A stretch of DNA of 48,813 bases, taken from positions 1 through 48,813 of the forward strand of contig MFUG01000005.1 in the NCBI GenBank assembly GCA_001785615.1, read 5' to 3'. Under the pieces are notes generated by a model. That model was not told the origin of the DNA. It saw only the letters and a program-made list of their open reading frames with translations, and searched no databases. The DNA comes from Candidatus Nomurabacteria bacterium RIFCSPHIGHO2_02_FULL_42_19 (lineage in GTDB: Bacteria > Patescibacteriota > Minisyncoccia > Phycocordibacterales > UBA9973). This document shows, piece by piece, positions 18,406 to 26,973 of this stretch. Position 1 is the first letter of the stretch. Each line of letters starts with the position of its first letter. The position numbers were made by a program, and so were the translations under genes.

Positions 18406-19235
18406 TTAAATTTGTAGTAAACTTTATTCCCAAATCGCAGGTCAATGTAAACTAAAGAAGAAAATTTCTTTTTTAGTTCTGCCTGCAATGGGTCGGTTGT
18501 TAGAGCCGTTTCTAGATTTTCAGCTATTTTCTCCACGTCGTCACTTGATTTGAAAAGTATTTCTGGGTGTGAATCGTTTCCTCTTGAGAGAAATATTTTG
18601 GCATTTCCGTCCTCTGCCACATACAACGCGATGGGCTTTAGTCCCATGTTTTCTAAATTTTCTTTCAACAAAATTAACTGGCTAAAAATATCGGTATAAT
18701 TCTGGAAAACTTTTCCGTAAAACTTAAAATAAACTTCTCCGGAAAAGTACGGTGCTTCGTCGAAAATAAAACCGGCCTCATCCAAAAAATAGCATTTTTG
18801 ATCACTGTTACTTTTTTCGGGCGGCATAATTCCGCACCACGTGTATAGCGCGATTCTTTCAAAAACAGCAATCTGTAATATTTTCTGATTTTTTACACTA
18901 AGTGAAATATCTTTTAATGTTTTGAATTTATCGTAAAGATTATTTATGATTTTATTTTTTGGATAAAACAAAAAATTTGTCTTTGGGAAAAGCCATAGGT
19001 AACTTCCTGAAAGTTCGCTCTCGGCTGTCGCCCCTATCGTTTCGCCATCCACTATTTTATTACCAACCACTTCTATACCAGTAATATTTAATTTTTCTAG
19101 ACGAGATAAATACGCGAGACCGGTGATAATTAAGGAAAACCCAATTACAAAAAATAAAACTTTAATCAAAAAAACATTCCGTCTTTTTCTCTTTAACTCT
19201 GAAAGACGTGGAGAATGTAAAACATTTCGCTTCAT
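18402..19235 (-). CDS. FtsQ/DivIB-like cell-division protein (single TM plus POTRA-like region)
   Basis: 277 aa with a basic N-terminus, one TM helix, then ITGIEVVGNKIV, typical of a POTRA start. The call rests on architecture only. Confidence 0.45.
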   Translation of the reverse strand: MKRNVLHSPRLSELKRKRRNVFLIKVLFFVIGFSLIITGLAYLSRLEKLNITGIEVVGNKIVDGETIGATAESELSGSYLWLFPKTNFLFYPKNKIINNLYDKFKTLKDISLSVKNQKILQIAVFERIALYTWCGIMPPEKSNSDQKCYFLDEAGFIFDEAPYFSGEVYFKFYGKVFQNYTDIFSQLILLKENLENMGLKPIALYVAEDGNAKIFLSRGNDSHPEILFKSSDDVEKIAENLETALTTDPLQAELKKKFSSLVYIDLRFGNKVYYKFK

Positions 19236-19239
19236 AGAT

Positions 19240-20505
19240 TTATTTTATGGAGTCCTTGCCACCCATATATTTACGCAGAACTTCCGGGATTAAAACACCT
19301 TCGTTCCCCTGTTGGTAATTCTCCACCAGAGAGACCAAAATTCTAGGAGTAGCAATAGCTGTTTGGTTTAAGGAATGCGCATATTGCATTTTTCCGTTCT
19401 CGTCTTTATAACGTATGCCTAGGCGCCTGGTCTGAAAATCATGAAAATAAGAAGCTGAAGCAATCTCCCGATATTTATTTTCTTTTGGCACCCAGAGTTC
19501 GATGTCGTATTTTTTTACCTGACCTAGCCCCAGGTCGCCTCCACAATTCACCACTCGGCGATACGGGATACCTAGGGACTCAATAAATTCTTCGGTATTC
19601 TTGGTCAATTCTTCATGGAATTTTACCGATGTTTCATGATTTGCTTCACAAAGTACCACTTGTTCCAGTTTATAAAATTCATTTACTCTAATAAGACCCT
19701 TTACATCTTTACCATGGCTTCCCGCTTCCCGCCTGAAACAGGGCGAAAATCCTAAATATTTTATTGGTAGATTTTTTTTGTCTAAAATCTCACCCCCATG
19801 CATACCCATTAGCGGCACTTCGGCTGTACCAGCTAGGTAGTCCCCGTCTTGCGTTTTATATAAGTCCTCTTGTCCTTCCGGTAAAAATCCGGTTCCTAGA
19901 AAATTTTCTTTACGATTTAGCACTGGAGGAATAATTAAAGAAAAGCCGCGGGCAGTAAAAAAGTCAATAGCGTAATTCCAAATAGCAAATGATAGATGCG
20001 CGCCATCATTTTTTAAAAAGTATCCACGAAAGCCATGCGCCCTTACTCCTCGTTCAAGATCAAGCATGCCCAGTTTATTCATGATCTCTATATGGTTCTT
20101 GGGTTCAAAATTAAATTCTGGTTTTACGCCCCAGTTTTTTACTTCTTGATTTTCCGCATCACTCTTGCCTGCCGGCGCAGAAATATCTGGCACGTTGGGA
20201 ACTTGAAGCATCATCTTTTGCCATTCTTCCATTGTTTTTCTCCATTTTTCTTCCTTGGTCTTGATGTCTTCTTTAACAGCGCGCATTTCTTCAATTAGCT
20301 GGCCTTTGAGCGTGGCATCCTGATTGCGCGCAATGTCGTTCGAAACCCGATTCACTTCTGCTCGCAGATCTTCTACCACCTTTAATTCTTTTAACCGCTT
20401 GTCGTCAAGCATTACGAGTTTTTCGATATCGATGTTTATAAATTTTTTCTTCGCGCCCGCCGCCACTACTTCTTTATTTTCGCGGATAAACTTAATATCT
20501 AGCAT
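19240..20505 (-). CDS. serS: seryl-tRNA synthetase
   Basis: MLDIKFIRENKE is the usual SerRS N-terminus, with coiled-coil arm and class-II motifs. I prefer ATG 20505 over the track GTG at 20511. TATAAT lies 6 nt upstream of ATG 20505. Confidence 0.93.
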   Translation of the reverse strand: MLDIKFIRENKEVVAAGAKKKFINIDIEKLVMLDDKRLKELKVVEDLRAEVNRVSNDIARNQDATLKGQLIEEMRAVKEDIKTKEEKWRKTMEEWQKMMLQVPNVPDISAPAGKSDAENQEVKNWGVKPEFNFEPKNHIEIMNKLGMLDLERGVRAHGFRGYFLKNDGAHLSFAIWNYAIDFFTARGFSLIIPPVLNRKENFLGTGFLPEGQEDLYKTQDGDYLAGTAEVPLMGMHGGEILDKKNLPIKYLGFSPCFRREAGSHGKDVKGLIRVNEFYKLEQVVLCEANHETSVKFHEELTKNTEEFIESLGIPYRRVVNCGGDLGLGQVKKYDIELWVPKENKYREIASASYFHDFQTRRLGIRYKDENGKMQYAHSLNQTAIATPRILVSLVENYQQGNEGVLIPEVLRKYMGGKDSIK

Positions 20506-20544
20506 TTCCACATTATATATGAAAGTTGGTATAATGAAAAGGTT

Positions 20545-21411
20545 ATGAAATTTAATTTGAAGATTTTAGAGAAAGGAAATATCCCAAAGGACTTAAGGGA
20601 AATTCCCCAGCCGCCAAAGAAGCTGTATCTTGCAGGCGAACTTCCCCCTCTGGGAACAGTGTACTTGGCAGTCGTCGGTTCACGTAAATGCACGACTTAT
20701 GGCAAAGATGCGGTAAAGAAACTCATCTCTGGGCTGCGAGGTTATCCCATAGCTATCGTCTCGGGTTTGGCTGTGGGCATTGACGCGCTATCTCACGAAG
20801 CGGCTCTGGATACTGGGCTTTTGGCTGTAGGATTTCCCGGTTCGGGAATTTCAGAGCAGGCATTTTTCCCTCCTACAAGTTTGAAATTAGCTAAAAAAAT
20901 TTTAGATTCTGGGGGATGTTTGTTGTCTGAGTTTGAACCGAACTTTAAGGCACAATACTATACTTTCCCGATGCGTAACAGGTTGGTTGCTGGTATTTCT
21001 AAGGCAGCGCTCATAATAGAAGCACAAGAAAGATCCGGCACTCTTATCACTGCCCGTATGGCATTGGACTACAATCGCGAAGTACTTGCAGTGCCTGGAA
21101 ATATAAGTTCTGCATATTCAAAAGGGACAAACAGGCTGATCCGAAATGGCGCGACTCCGATAACTTGCTCAGACGATATTTTAGAAGCGTTGGGGTTTAA
21201 GATAGATGAAAAGAGCAAACAAGAAAGTTTATTTGAGGATGCCCGACCTGAAGAAAAATCTGTATTAAAACTTCTGGTGGAGCCAAGTACCCGCGACGAT
21301 TTAATTCGCGCCATGAAGATGCCGACAGCCGAAGCGAACTCCCTCCTTTCGGTAATGGAAATCAAAGGACTAATCAAAGAAGAAATGGGAGAAATTCGCG
21401 CAAGTTTTTAG
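20545..21411 (+). CDS. dprA: DNA-processing protein DprA (Smf)
   Basis: 288 aa with VVGSRKCTTYG, a Rossmann-like DprA core (SGLAVGIDALSHEAAL) and GTLITA. Confidence 0.88.
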   Translation: MKFNLKILEKGNIPKDLREIPQPPKKLYLAGELPPLGTVYLAVVGSRKCTTYGKDAVKKLISGLRGYPIAIVSGLAVGIDALSHEAALDTGLLAVGFPGSGISEQAFFPPTSLKLAKKILDSGGCLLSEFEPNFKAQYYTFPMRNRLVAGISKAALIIEAQERSGTLITARMALDYNREVLAVPGNISSAYSKGTNRLIRNGATPITCSDDILEALGFKIDEKSKQESLFEDARPEEKSVLKLLVEPSTRDDLIRAMKMPTAEANSLLSVMEIKGLIKEEMGEIRASF

Positions 21412-21525
21412 AGGTAAGTTTGCAAAAAAATTGTATTTCGTGTAATACTTGGAACTAGCTGATAGCTAATAGCTTTTAGGATTTAGTAAATTTTCATAAG
21501 CTAAGAAGCTAAAAAGCTAATTTCT

Positions 21526-23781
21526 ATGAAGCTACTCATTGTTGAGTCCCCATCAAAAGCAAAGACCATCGAAAAATATTTAGAGGGCGCTTTTACTGTG
21601 CGCGCCTCTGTTGGACACGTTCGCGATTTACCTAAATCAAATAAAAAAGCGATTGACGTGGAGAAGGGATTTGTCCCTTTTTATGAAATCTCAAAAGGTA
21701 AAGAAAAAGTCGTACGCGAACTCCAGCACCTAGGGGAAAAGGCGACTTCGATACTGCTCGCCACAGACCCCGACCGTGAAGGAGAAGCTATCGCCTGGCA
21801 CATAGAAACGCTCCTCCGCCAGGATAAAAAAATAAAAGCGCCTATTGAAAGAGTGGTCTTTCACGAAATCACCAAAGAAGCGGTAGAAGAAGCGCTAAAA
21901 AGTCCGCGCGAGATTGACACAGCTCTCCGCAAAGCCCAGGAGGCCCGCCGAGTGCTGGATCGGCTCGTCGGATATGATTTGAGCGGGCTTATCTGGAAGA
22001 AAGTTCGCTATGGGCTCTCGGCTGGTCGGGTGCAATCCCCTGCACTCCGTATAATCATGGAACGCGAGCGCGAGATTCGTGCTTTTATTCCGGAAAAATT
22101 TTGGAAAATATGGGGTGAATTTGAAACCAGCCGAGGAAAAAGGCAAGGCCTTAAGGGAGTCCAAGGTCTTGCCTTGGGGAATCGGCTGGTTTTAGAGTGT
22201 TCCGAAGAGCCGCGTGATGAAAAATTGGTAGGAAAAATAATGGACGCAGGTAAAAGCGGAATCTGGGTAGTAAAAGACGTAAAAGAGTCCGAACAGAAGC
22301 GCTCTCCCCGCGCACCGTTCACTACCTCCACCCTGCAACAGACGGCGAGTTCTCGTCTAGGATATTCCCCTTCACGCACCATGCAGATAGCGCAGAAACT
22401 TTACGAGGCGGGACACATCACATATATGAGAACAGACAGTACCAACTTATCCGCCGCCGCGCAGGGCCAAATTTTATCATTCGTTCAAAAAGAATATGGT
22501 AAAGAATATTTGCAAAACAGAATTTATAAAACAAAATCAAAAAATGCCCAAGAGGCGCATGAAGCAATCCGCCCGACACACATAAATCAATTGCACAGCG
22601 GACACGATGACTATGATAAACTCTACCGCCTCATTTGGGAGCGAGCTGTGTCTTCGCAGATGTCTGACGCAAAACTATTGAAGACAAAGATCACGGCGGC
22701 AGTAGAAGGTCACGAGGATTTGCCGGAATTCGGCGCAGTGGGTTCCCGCCTACTTTTTCCTGGTTGGCTCAAGGTAGAAAGCGGCGCTCGCGGTGAAGAT
22801 GTGGAACTACCTAAATGTGTTGCCGGAGAGAGATTAAAATTACTGGATTTAACCAGCGAGGAAAAGTTTACTGAACCACTGGGCCGATACAGTGAGGCAG
22901 GGCTGATTAAAGAACTAGAGGCCCGCGGCATCGGCCGGCCTTCTACCTATGCTTCTATTGTGAAGACCATTGAGGAGCGCGGCTATGTCAGCAAAGAAGG
23001 TAAGACGTTGTTCCCTACCGATGTGGGTGAAGTGGTGTCCGACTTTTTAGAAAAACATTTCGCTAATTATATTTCAGATACTTTTACCGCCGAGATGGAA
23101 GACGAACTGGATGAAATTTCCCGTGGGGAACGTGAATATGAAAAAACGCTGAAAGATTTCTATATACCATTCTCCAAAAATGTAAAATCAAAAGAAAAAT
23201 TGGAAAAAGCTACCAACCTGGGCGAGGCACCAGAGGATATGAAGTGTCCAAAGTGTGGCAGCGCCATGATTATCAAGCTCTCGCGCGCTGGTAAGTTTTA
23301 TTCCTGTTCCAAATATCCGGACTGCGATGGCGCGCTCATGCTAGATGGTACGGAACTGAAAGGGCCCATGAAGACCGGTGAAATGTGTCCGGAGTGCGGA
23401 GAGAAAAAAGAAAAGTCCGGTGGCGGGAAACTGGTGGTTAAAGAAAGACGCGACGGTACCGGTACCTTTATTGCTTGCTCCCGTTATCCGAAATGTAAAT
23501 TTATAAAAAAAGATGAAGCGGAGGAAGCTAAGAAAAGGACCGGGGTGATGTGTCCTTTATGCAAAACCGGTGACATTAGTGAACGCCGAGGCCGCTTTGG
23601 AATTTTTTATTCTTGTTCCAATTATCCTGATTGTAAATTTGCCATAAAGGCCAAACCAACCGGAAATATCTGTAAAGAATGTGGCAGCTTGATGATGGAA
23701 GGCACTAAAACCATTCCAGAGAGATGTAGTAAAAAAGATTGTCCAAACTTTCGCCCAGATAAATTAAACAAAATAAAGTAG
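21526..23781 (+). CDS. topA: DNA topoisomerase I
   Basis: 751 aa with a Toprim start (LLIVESPSKAKTIEKYL), active-site ITYMRTDS, and four C-terminal Cys4 zinc ribbons. Confidence 0.96.
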   Translation: MKLLIVESPSKAKTIEKYLEGAFTVRASVGHVRDLPKSNKKAIDVEKGFVPFYEISKGKEKVVRELQHLGEKATSILLATDPDREGEAIAWHIETLLRQDKKIKAPIERVVFHEITKEAVEEALKSPREIDTALRKAQEARRVLDRLVGYDLSGLIWKKVRYGLSAGRVQSPALRIIMEREREIRAFIPEKFWKIWGEFETSRGKRQGLKGVQGLALGNRLVLECSEEPRDEKLVGKIMDAGKSGIWVVKDVKESEQKRSPRAPFTTSTLQQTASSRLGYSPSRTMQIAQKLYEAGHITYMRTDSTNLSAAAQGQILSFVQKEYGKEYLQNRIYKTKSKNAQEAHEAIRPTHINQLHSGHDDYDKLYRLIWERAVSSQMSDAKLLKTKITAAVEGHEDLPEFGAVGSRLLFPGWLKVESGARGEDVELPKCVAGERLKLLDLTSEEKFTEPLGRYSEAGLIKELEARGIGRPSTYASIVKTIEERGYVSKEGKTLFPTDVGEVVSDFLEKHFANYISDTFTAEMEDELDEISRGEREYEKTLKDFYIPFSKNVKSKEKLEKATNLGEAPEDMKCPKCGSAMIIKLSRAGKFYSCSKYPDCDGALMLDGTELKGPMKTGEMCPECGEKKEKSGGGKLVVKERRDGTGTFIACSRYPKCKFIKKDEAEEAKKRTGVMCPLCKTGDISERRGRFGIFYSCSNYPDCKFAIKAKPTGNICKECGSLMMEGTKTIPERCSKKDCPNFRPDKLNKIK
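22125..22191. repeat. 67-nt nested-hairpin element embedded in-frame in topA
   Basis: Outer inverted repeat AACCAGCCGA (22125-22134) with TCGGCTGGTT (22182-22191). Inner inverted repeat GGCAAGGCCTT (22142-22152) with AAGGTCTTGCC (22163-22173). Confidence 0.7.
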
Positions 23782-23788
23782 ACGACTT

Positions 23789-23828
23789 GTGAGTAAATTC
23801 TGCATATGCGTAAATTACTCACTTTTTT
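23789..23828 (+). terminator. rho-independent terminator of topA
   Basis: GTGAGTAAATT...AATTACTCAC stem (23789-23822) followed by TTTTTT. Confidence 0.8.
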
Positions 23829-23868
23829 CTATTACAGTATTTTGCAAAATACTAGAATAGAAATATCA

Positions 23869-23894
23869 AAGGCCTGAACATTTTGTCAGGCCTT
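23869..23894 (-). terminator. 9-bp stem-loop downstream of island C ORF
   Basis: AAGGCCTGA-ACATTTTG-TCAGGCCTT. A second hairpin CCGGCG/CGCCGG lies at 23896-23916. Confidence 0.5.
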
Positions 23895-23943
23895 ACCGGC
23901 GAGTCATACCCGCCGGGGTCGCTTGAAGCTTCTGCTCCCTTGC

Positions 23944-24234
23944 TTATAGTCCGAGCGTGTACGCACAGACCGGACATCTGTAGTACACACTCGAGCGCAT
24001 TGTGGGTGTCATGCACATTGGGCACAGTGGCCCCGACGGTGCGACGAAAACGCTCGTCGCTGCCACGAATACTTTCGCTGGTTCTGCTGCTTCAGCGGCG
24101 AGTATTCCCGGAAAGTCGTAGCAGTACACTGTCACTCTGCACTTAGGGCACTTCCAGCCTCGCCCGTCATGGGTGATAAGCATGCCAGTGCCACATGTCT
24201 CACACGGCGGTAAACGCGCTTCTGACTCTGTCAT
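23944..24234 (-). CDS. GC-rich orphan protein with two CxxC...CxxC zinc-ribbon modules (96 aa), island C
   Basis: Cys pairs are C11/C14 with C29/C32, and C71/C74 with C87/C90. GAGAGAGGAGAG provides an SD 8 nt before the ATG, and the ORF has its own TTGACA-17-TAAATT promoter. Confidence 0.6.
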   Translation of the reverse strand: MTESEARLPPCETCGTGMLITHDGRGWKCPKCRVTVYCYDFPGILAAEAAEPAKVFVAATSVFVAPSGPLCPMCMTPTMRSSVYYRCPVCAYTLGL

Positions 24235-24259
24235 GTGTCACTCTCCTCTCTCTAATAAA

Positions 24260-24288
24260 AATTTAGAATTTCTTAGCAAATTTGTCAA
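24260..24288 (-). promoter_or_regulatory. promoter of island C ORF (TTGACA-17-TAAATT)
   Basis: The -35 is at 24288-24283 and the -10 at 24265-24260 on the minus strand. Confidence 0.55.
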
Positions 24289-24310
24289 CTAAGAAGTCGA
24301 GGAGTATAAT
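24282..24310 (+). promoter_or_regulatory. promoter of the Rel/SpoT homolog (TTGTCA-17-TATAAT), leaderless spacing
   Basis: The -35 is at 24282-24287 and the -10 at 24305-24310. The ATG at 24317 is 6 nt after the -10. The -35 hexamer overlaps the island C -35 on the other strand. Confidence 0.65.
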
Positions 24311-24316
24311 CGGCAC

Positions 24317-25795
24317 ATGCCAAGCGCAACGGTAAACATAAGCGAAATAATCGACTTCATGGGGAGTAAATTGAGCAGGAAAGAAGAGGAGCTTCTGCTT
24401 AAGGCCTATAAATTTTCAGAGCAAGCGCATGCTGGACAAAAAAGAATGAGCGGGGACCCATATTTCTTTCACGTTTTTGAAACAGCAAAAATATTAGCTA
24501 GACTTGGTATGGATACCCAGACGGTGGCCACAGGACTTTTACATGATTTGCTGGAAGATACAAAAATAACTGAAGCAGAAATCCAGAAAGAATTTGGCGA
24601 AGAGATTACCTTTTTAATTAAAGGCGTTACAAAACTTGGTACTCTAAAATATCACGGGCACGAAAGGCATGTGGAAAGCTTACGGAAGTTTTTCGTAGCC
24701 ATGGCAAATGACCTACGCGTGGTGATTATAAAATTCGCCGATCGATTACATAATTTACGCACGCTCGAGTTTATTCGAGAAGATAAAAGGAAAAGAATTG
24801 CCGTAGAATCGATCGAGGTGTATGCACCGCTGGCGAACCGTCTCGGTATGGGGAAATTAAAAGGTGAGATTGAAGACGCCGCTTTTCCCTATGCTTATCC
24901 GAAAGAATACGCGCAAATAGAAGAAATAATTAAAGAGAAAAAAGAATCATATGAAAAGTGTCTGGCTGAAGTACGCGAAATTCTGGAAAAAGAGTTGAAG
25001 AAAAATAAAATAAAAGTGGATGAAATAAGTTATCGGATGAAACATAAATATAGTTTGTACAAGAAACTGCTGAAATATGACATGGATATAGAGAAAATCT
25101 ATGACATCGTCGCGCTACGAGTGGTGGTAGAGAATGTAGAAGAATGTTATAGAATTCTAGGGCTGGTGCATTCTATCTGGAATCCTCTCCCCGGCCGCAT
25201 AAAGGACTATATTGCCATACCAAAGCCAAATGGCTACCGTTCTATTCATACTACAATTTTTACTGGCATCCTTGGTGTAGCCGAAGTCCAGATCCGGACG
25301 AAAGAAATGCACGCGGAAGCCGCTTATGGTATCGCCGCCCATTTTGCTTATAAGGAACAAAATAAAAAAAGTCGCGATGATAAATCAAAATTTAAGTGGA
25401 TTGAAGAATTGAAAGAATTGAAATATGTTCCCGGCGAGCCGAAAACCTTCATTGAGCACTTAAAAATGGATTTCTTTAACGATCGTATTTTTATTTTTAC
25501 TCCCAAGGGAGATGTGGTGGACTTGCCGGAGGAATCAACTCCGGTGGACTTCGCTTATTCTATCCACTCTGATATTGGAAATCACTTATTTGGCGCAAAA
25601 ATAAATAGTAAAATGTCCCAGATTTTTACAAAATTAAAAAATGGCGATATCGTGGAAATAATCACAAAAAAGGACTCTCGGCCTTCAAGTAAATGGCTAG
25701 AATACACCAAAACGACAATCGCGAAAAAACATATAAAGTCATATTTAGAAAAAAATAGTTTACTCTCTAAATTGAAATCCTTCGGCCGTAGTTAA
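24317..25795 (+). CDS. bifunctional-type (p)ppGpp synthetase/hydrolase (HD + synthetase + TGS), lacking the C-terminal regulatory domains
   Basis: 492 aa with an HD region (LLHDLLEDT), a synthetase region (RIKDYIAIPKPNGYRSIHT) and TGS (IFIFTPKGDVVDLPEESTPVDFAYSIHSDIG). It ends soon after TGS. Confidence 0.88.
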   Translation: MPSATVNISEIIDFMGSKLSRKEEELLLKAYKFSEQAHAGQKRMSGDPYFFHVFETAKILARLGMDTQTVATGLLHDLLEDTKITEAEIQKEFGEEITFLIKGVTKLGTLKYHGHERHVESLRKFFVAMANDLRVVIIKFADRLHNLRTLEFIREDKRKRIAVESIEVYAPLANRLGMGKLKGEIEDAAFPYAYPKEYAQIEEIIKEKKESYEKCLAEVREILEKELKKNKIKVDEISYRMKHKYSLYKKLLKYDMDIEKIYDIVALRVVVENVEECYRILGLVHSIWNPLPGRIKDYIAIPKPNGYRSIHTTIFTGILGVAEVQIRTKEMHAEAAYGIAAHFAYKEQNKKSRDDKSKFKWIEELKELKYVPGEPKTFIEHLKMDFFNDRIFIFTPKGDVVDLPEESTPVDFAYSIHSDIGNHLFGAKINSKMSQIFTKLKNGDIVEIITKKDSRPSSKWLEYTKTTIAKKHIKSYLEKNSLLSKLKSFGRS

Positions 25796-26796
25796 ATACT
25801 GAATTTTGAAATGTCGTATAGTTTAGCATCGTCTTCTTTTACTTCATCTTTACTTCTGTCATCTATGGCGTCCTGTGGCGCTTCTTCTTTATTCTCCGGC
25901 GTTATCTCTACCTTTGGATTAGAACTTTTCGCAATATGATTTTCCAGCATTTCCTCCGGCTTCTTTTCGCGCATTTCTTTTTTAATCAAGTCCAGAATAG
26001 AACGCAGGTCGTCCGTAGAAAAAAAATCAATTTTAATTTGCCCGCCTAATTCTTTTCTTTCGATATGCACCCGAGTACCCAGCTTATCTTGAAATTCTTC
26101 TTCTAATTCTAGAATTTCTGGATCCGGCAGAAACTCTTTCTTGCGCACGCGGTCAAAGGCAATCTTCCTGGCTAGACGTTCCGCTTCTCGTACTGTAATT
26201 TTCTTATATAAAATTTCTTTGAACAACACTATCTGTTCTTCGGGATGGTCCGCTAACATAAGGATGGGACGAGTATGTCCTTCAGTTATTTTACCCTCCG
26301 ATAAAGCAGTTAAGATTTCTTCCGAAAGGGTTAAAATACGGAGAGTGTTGGAGACATATTCACGGCTCCGACCTATCTTTTTCGCCACTTCATTATGAGT
26401 GAACTTAAACTCACTGACTAAACGAAAAAAGGCACGAGCGCGATCAACCACGTTCAAATCCTCGCGTTGCAAGTTTTCAATAATAGCAAGCTCCAGCTTC
26501 ATCATGGCCGTGTCGCCGGTGCGGATAATTACCGGTACTTGCAGAACCCCGGCAATTTTCGCCGCGCGCAGTCGGCGTTCTCCGGCAATGAGTTCATATT
26601 CAGTCACTAATCCTCCTTCTTCTTTTTCGACTTCCATTCTAGAAACTGTCAGAGGTTGCAGTACCCCGTACTGCTTTATGGAAAGAGCCAGGTCCGCTAG
26701 ACGCGCTTCGTCAAAATCCCTACGAGGTTGATAAGGGTTTGGTTTTATTTTATCGGTATCAATCCAGAAAATTGAGTTGGAATACAAGTTGGACAT
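25792..26796 (-). CDS. parB: chromosome-partitioning protein ParB/Spo0J
   Basis: 334 aa with IKPNPYQPRRDFD, LIAGERRLRAAKIAG, an HTH and an acidic C-terminal tail. No parA is adjacent. Confidence 0.9.
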   Translation of the reverse strand: MSNLYSNSIFWIDTDKIKPNPYQPRRDFDEARLADLALSIKQYGVLQPLTVSRMEVEKEEGGLVTEYELIAGERRLRAAKIAGVLQVPVIIRTGDTAMMKLELAIIENLQREDLNVVDRARAFFRLVSEFKFTHNEVAKKIGRSREYVSNTLRILTLSEEILTALSEGKITEGHTRPILMLADHPEEQIVLFKEILYKKITVREAERLARKIAFDRVRKKEFLPDPEILELEEEFQDKLGTRVHIERKELGGQIKIDFFSTDDLRSILDLIKKEMREKKPEEMLENHIAKSSNPKVEITPENKEEAPQDAIDDRSKDEVKEDDAKLYDISKFSI

Positions 26797-26868
26797 TCCC
26801 TAATTGTAATTGATTTTTTTTATAAATTCAAGTAAGATTGACTTTGCCCCCGATCGTCTGTTCGCTTT

Positions 26869-26952
26869 GCCCAGGTGGCGGAATTGGTAGACGCGATAGA
26901 CTCAAAATCTATTGATGGCAACATCATGAGAGTTCAATTCTCTCCCTGGGCA
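26869..26952 (+). tRNA. tRNA-Leu (anticodon CAA), long variable arm
   Basis: Acceptor GCCCAGG/CCTGGGC, anticodon arm ATAGA-CTCAAAA-TCTAT, T arm GAGAG-TTCAATT-CTCTC. Confidence 0.9.
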
Positions 26953-26973
26953 CAAAGTAAAATAATTTAAAAT

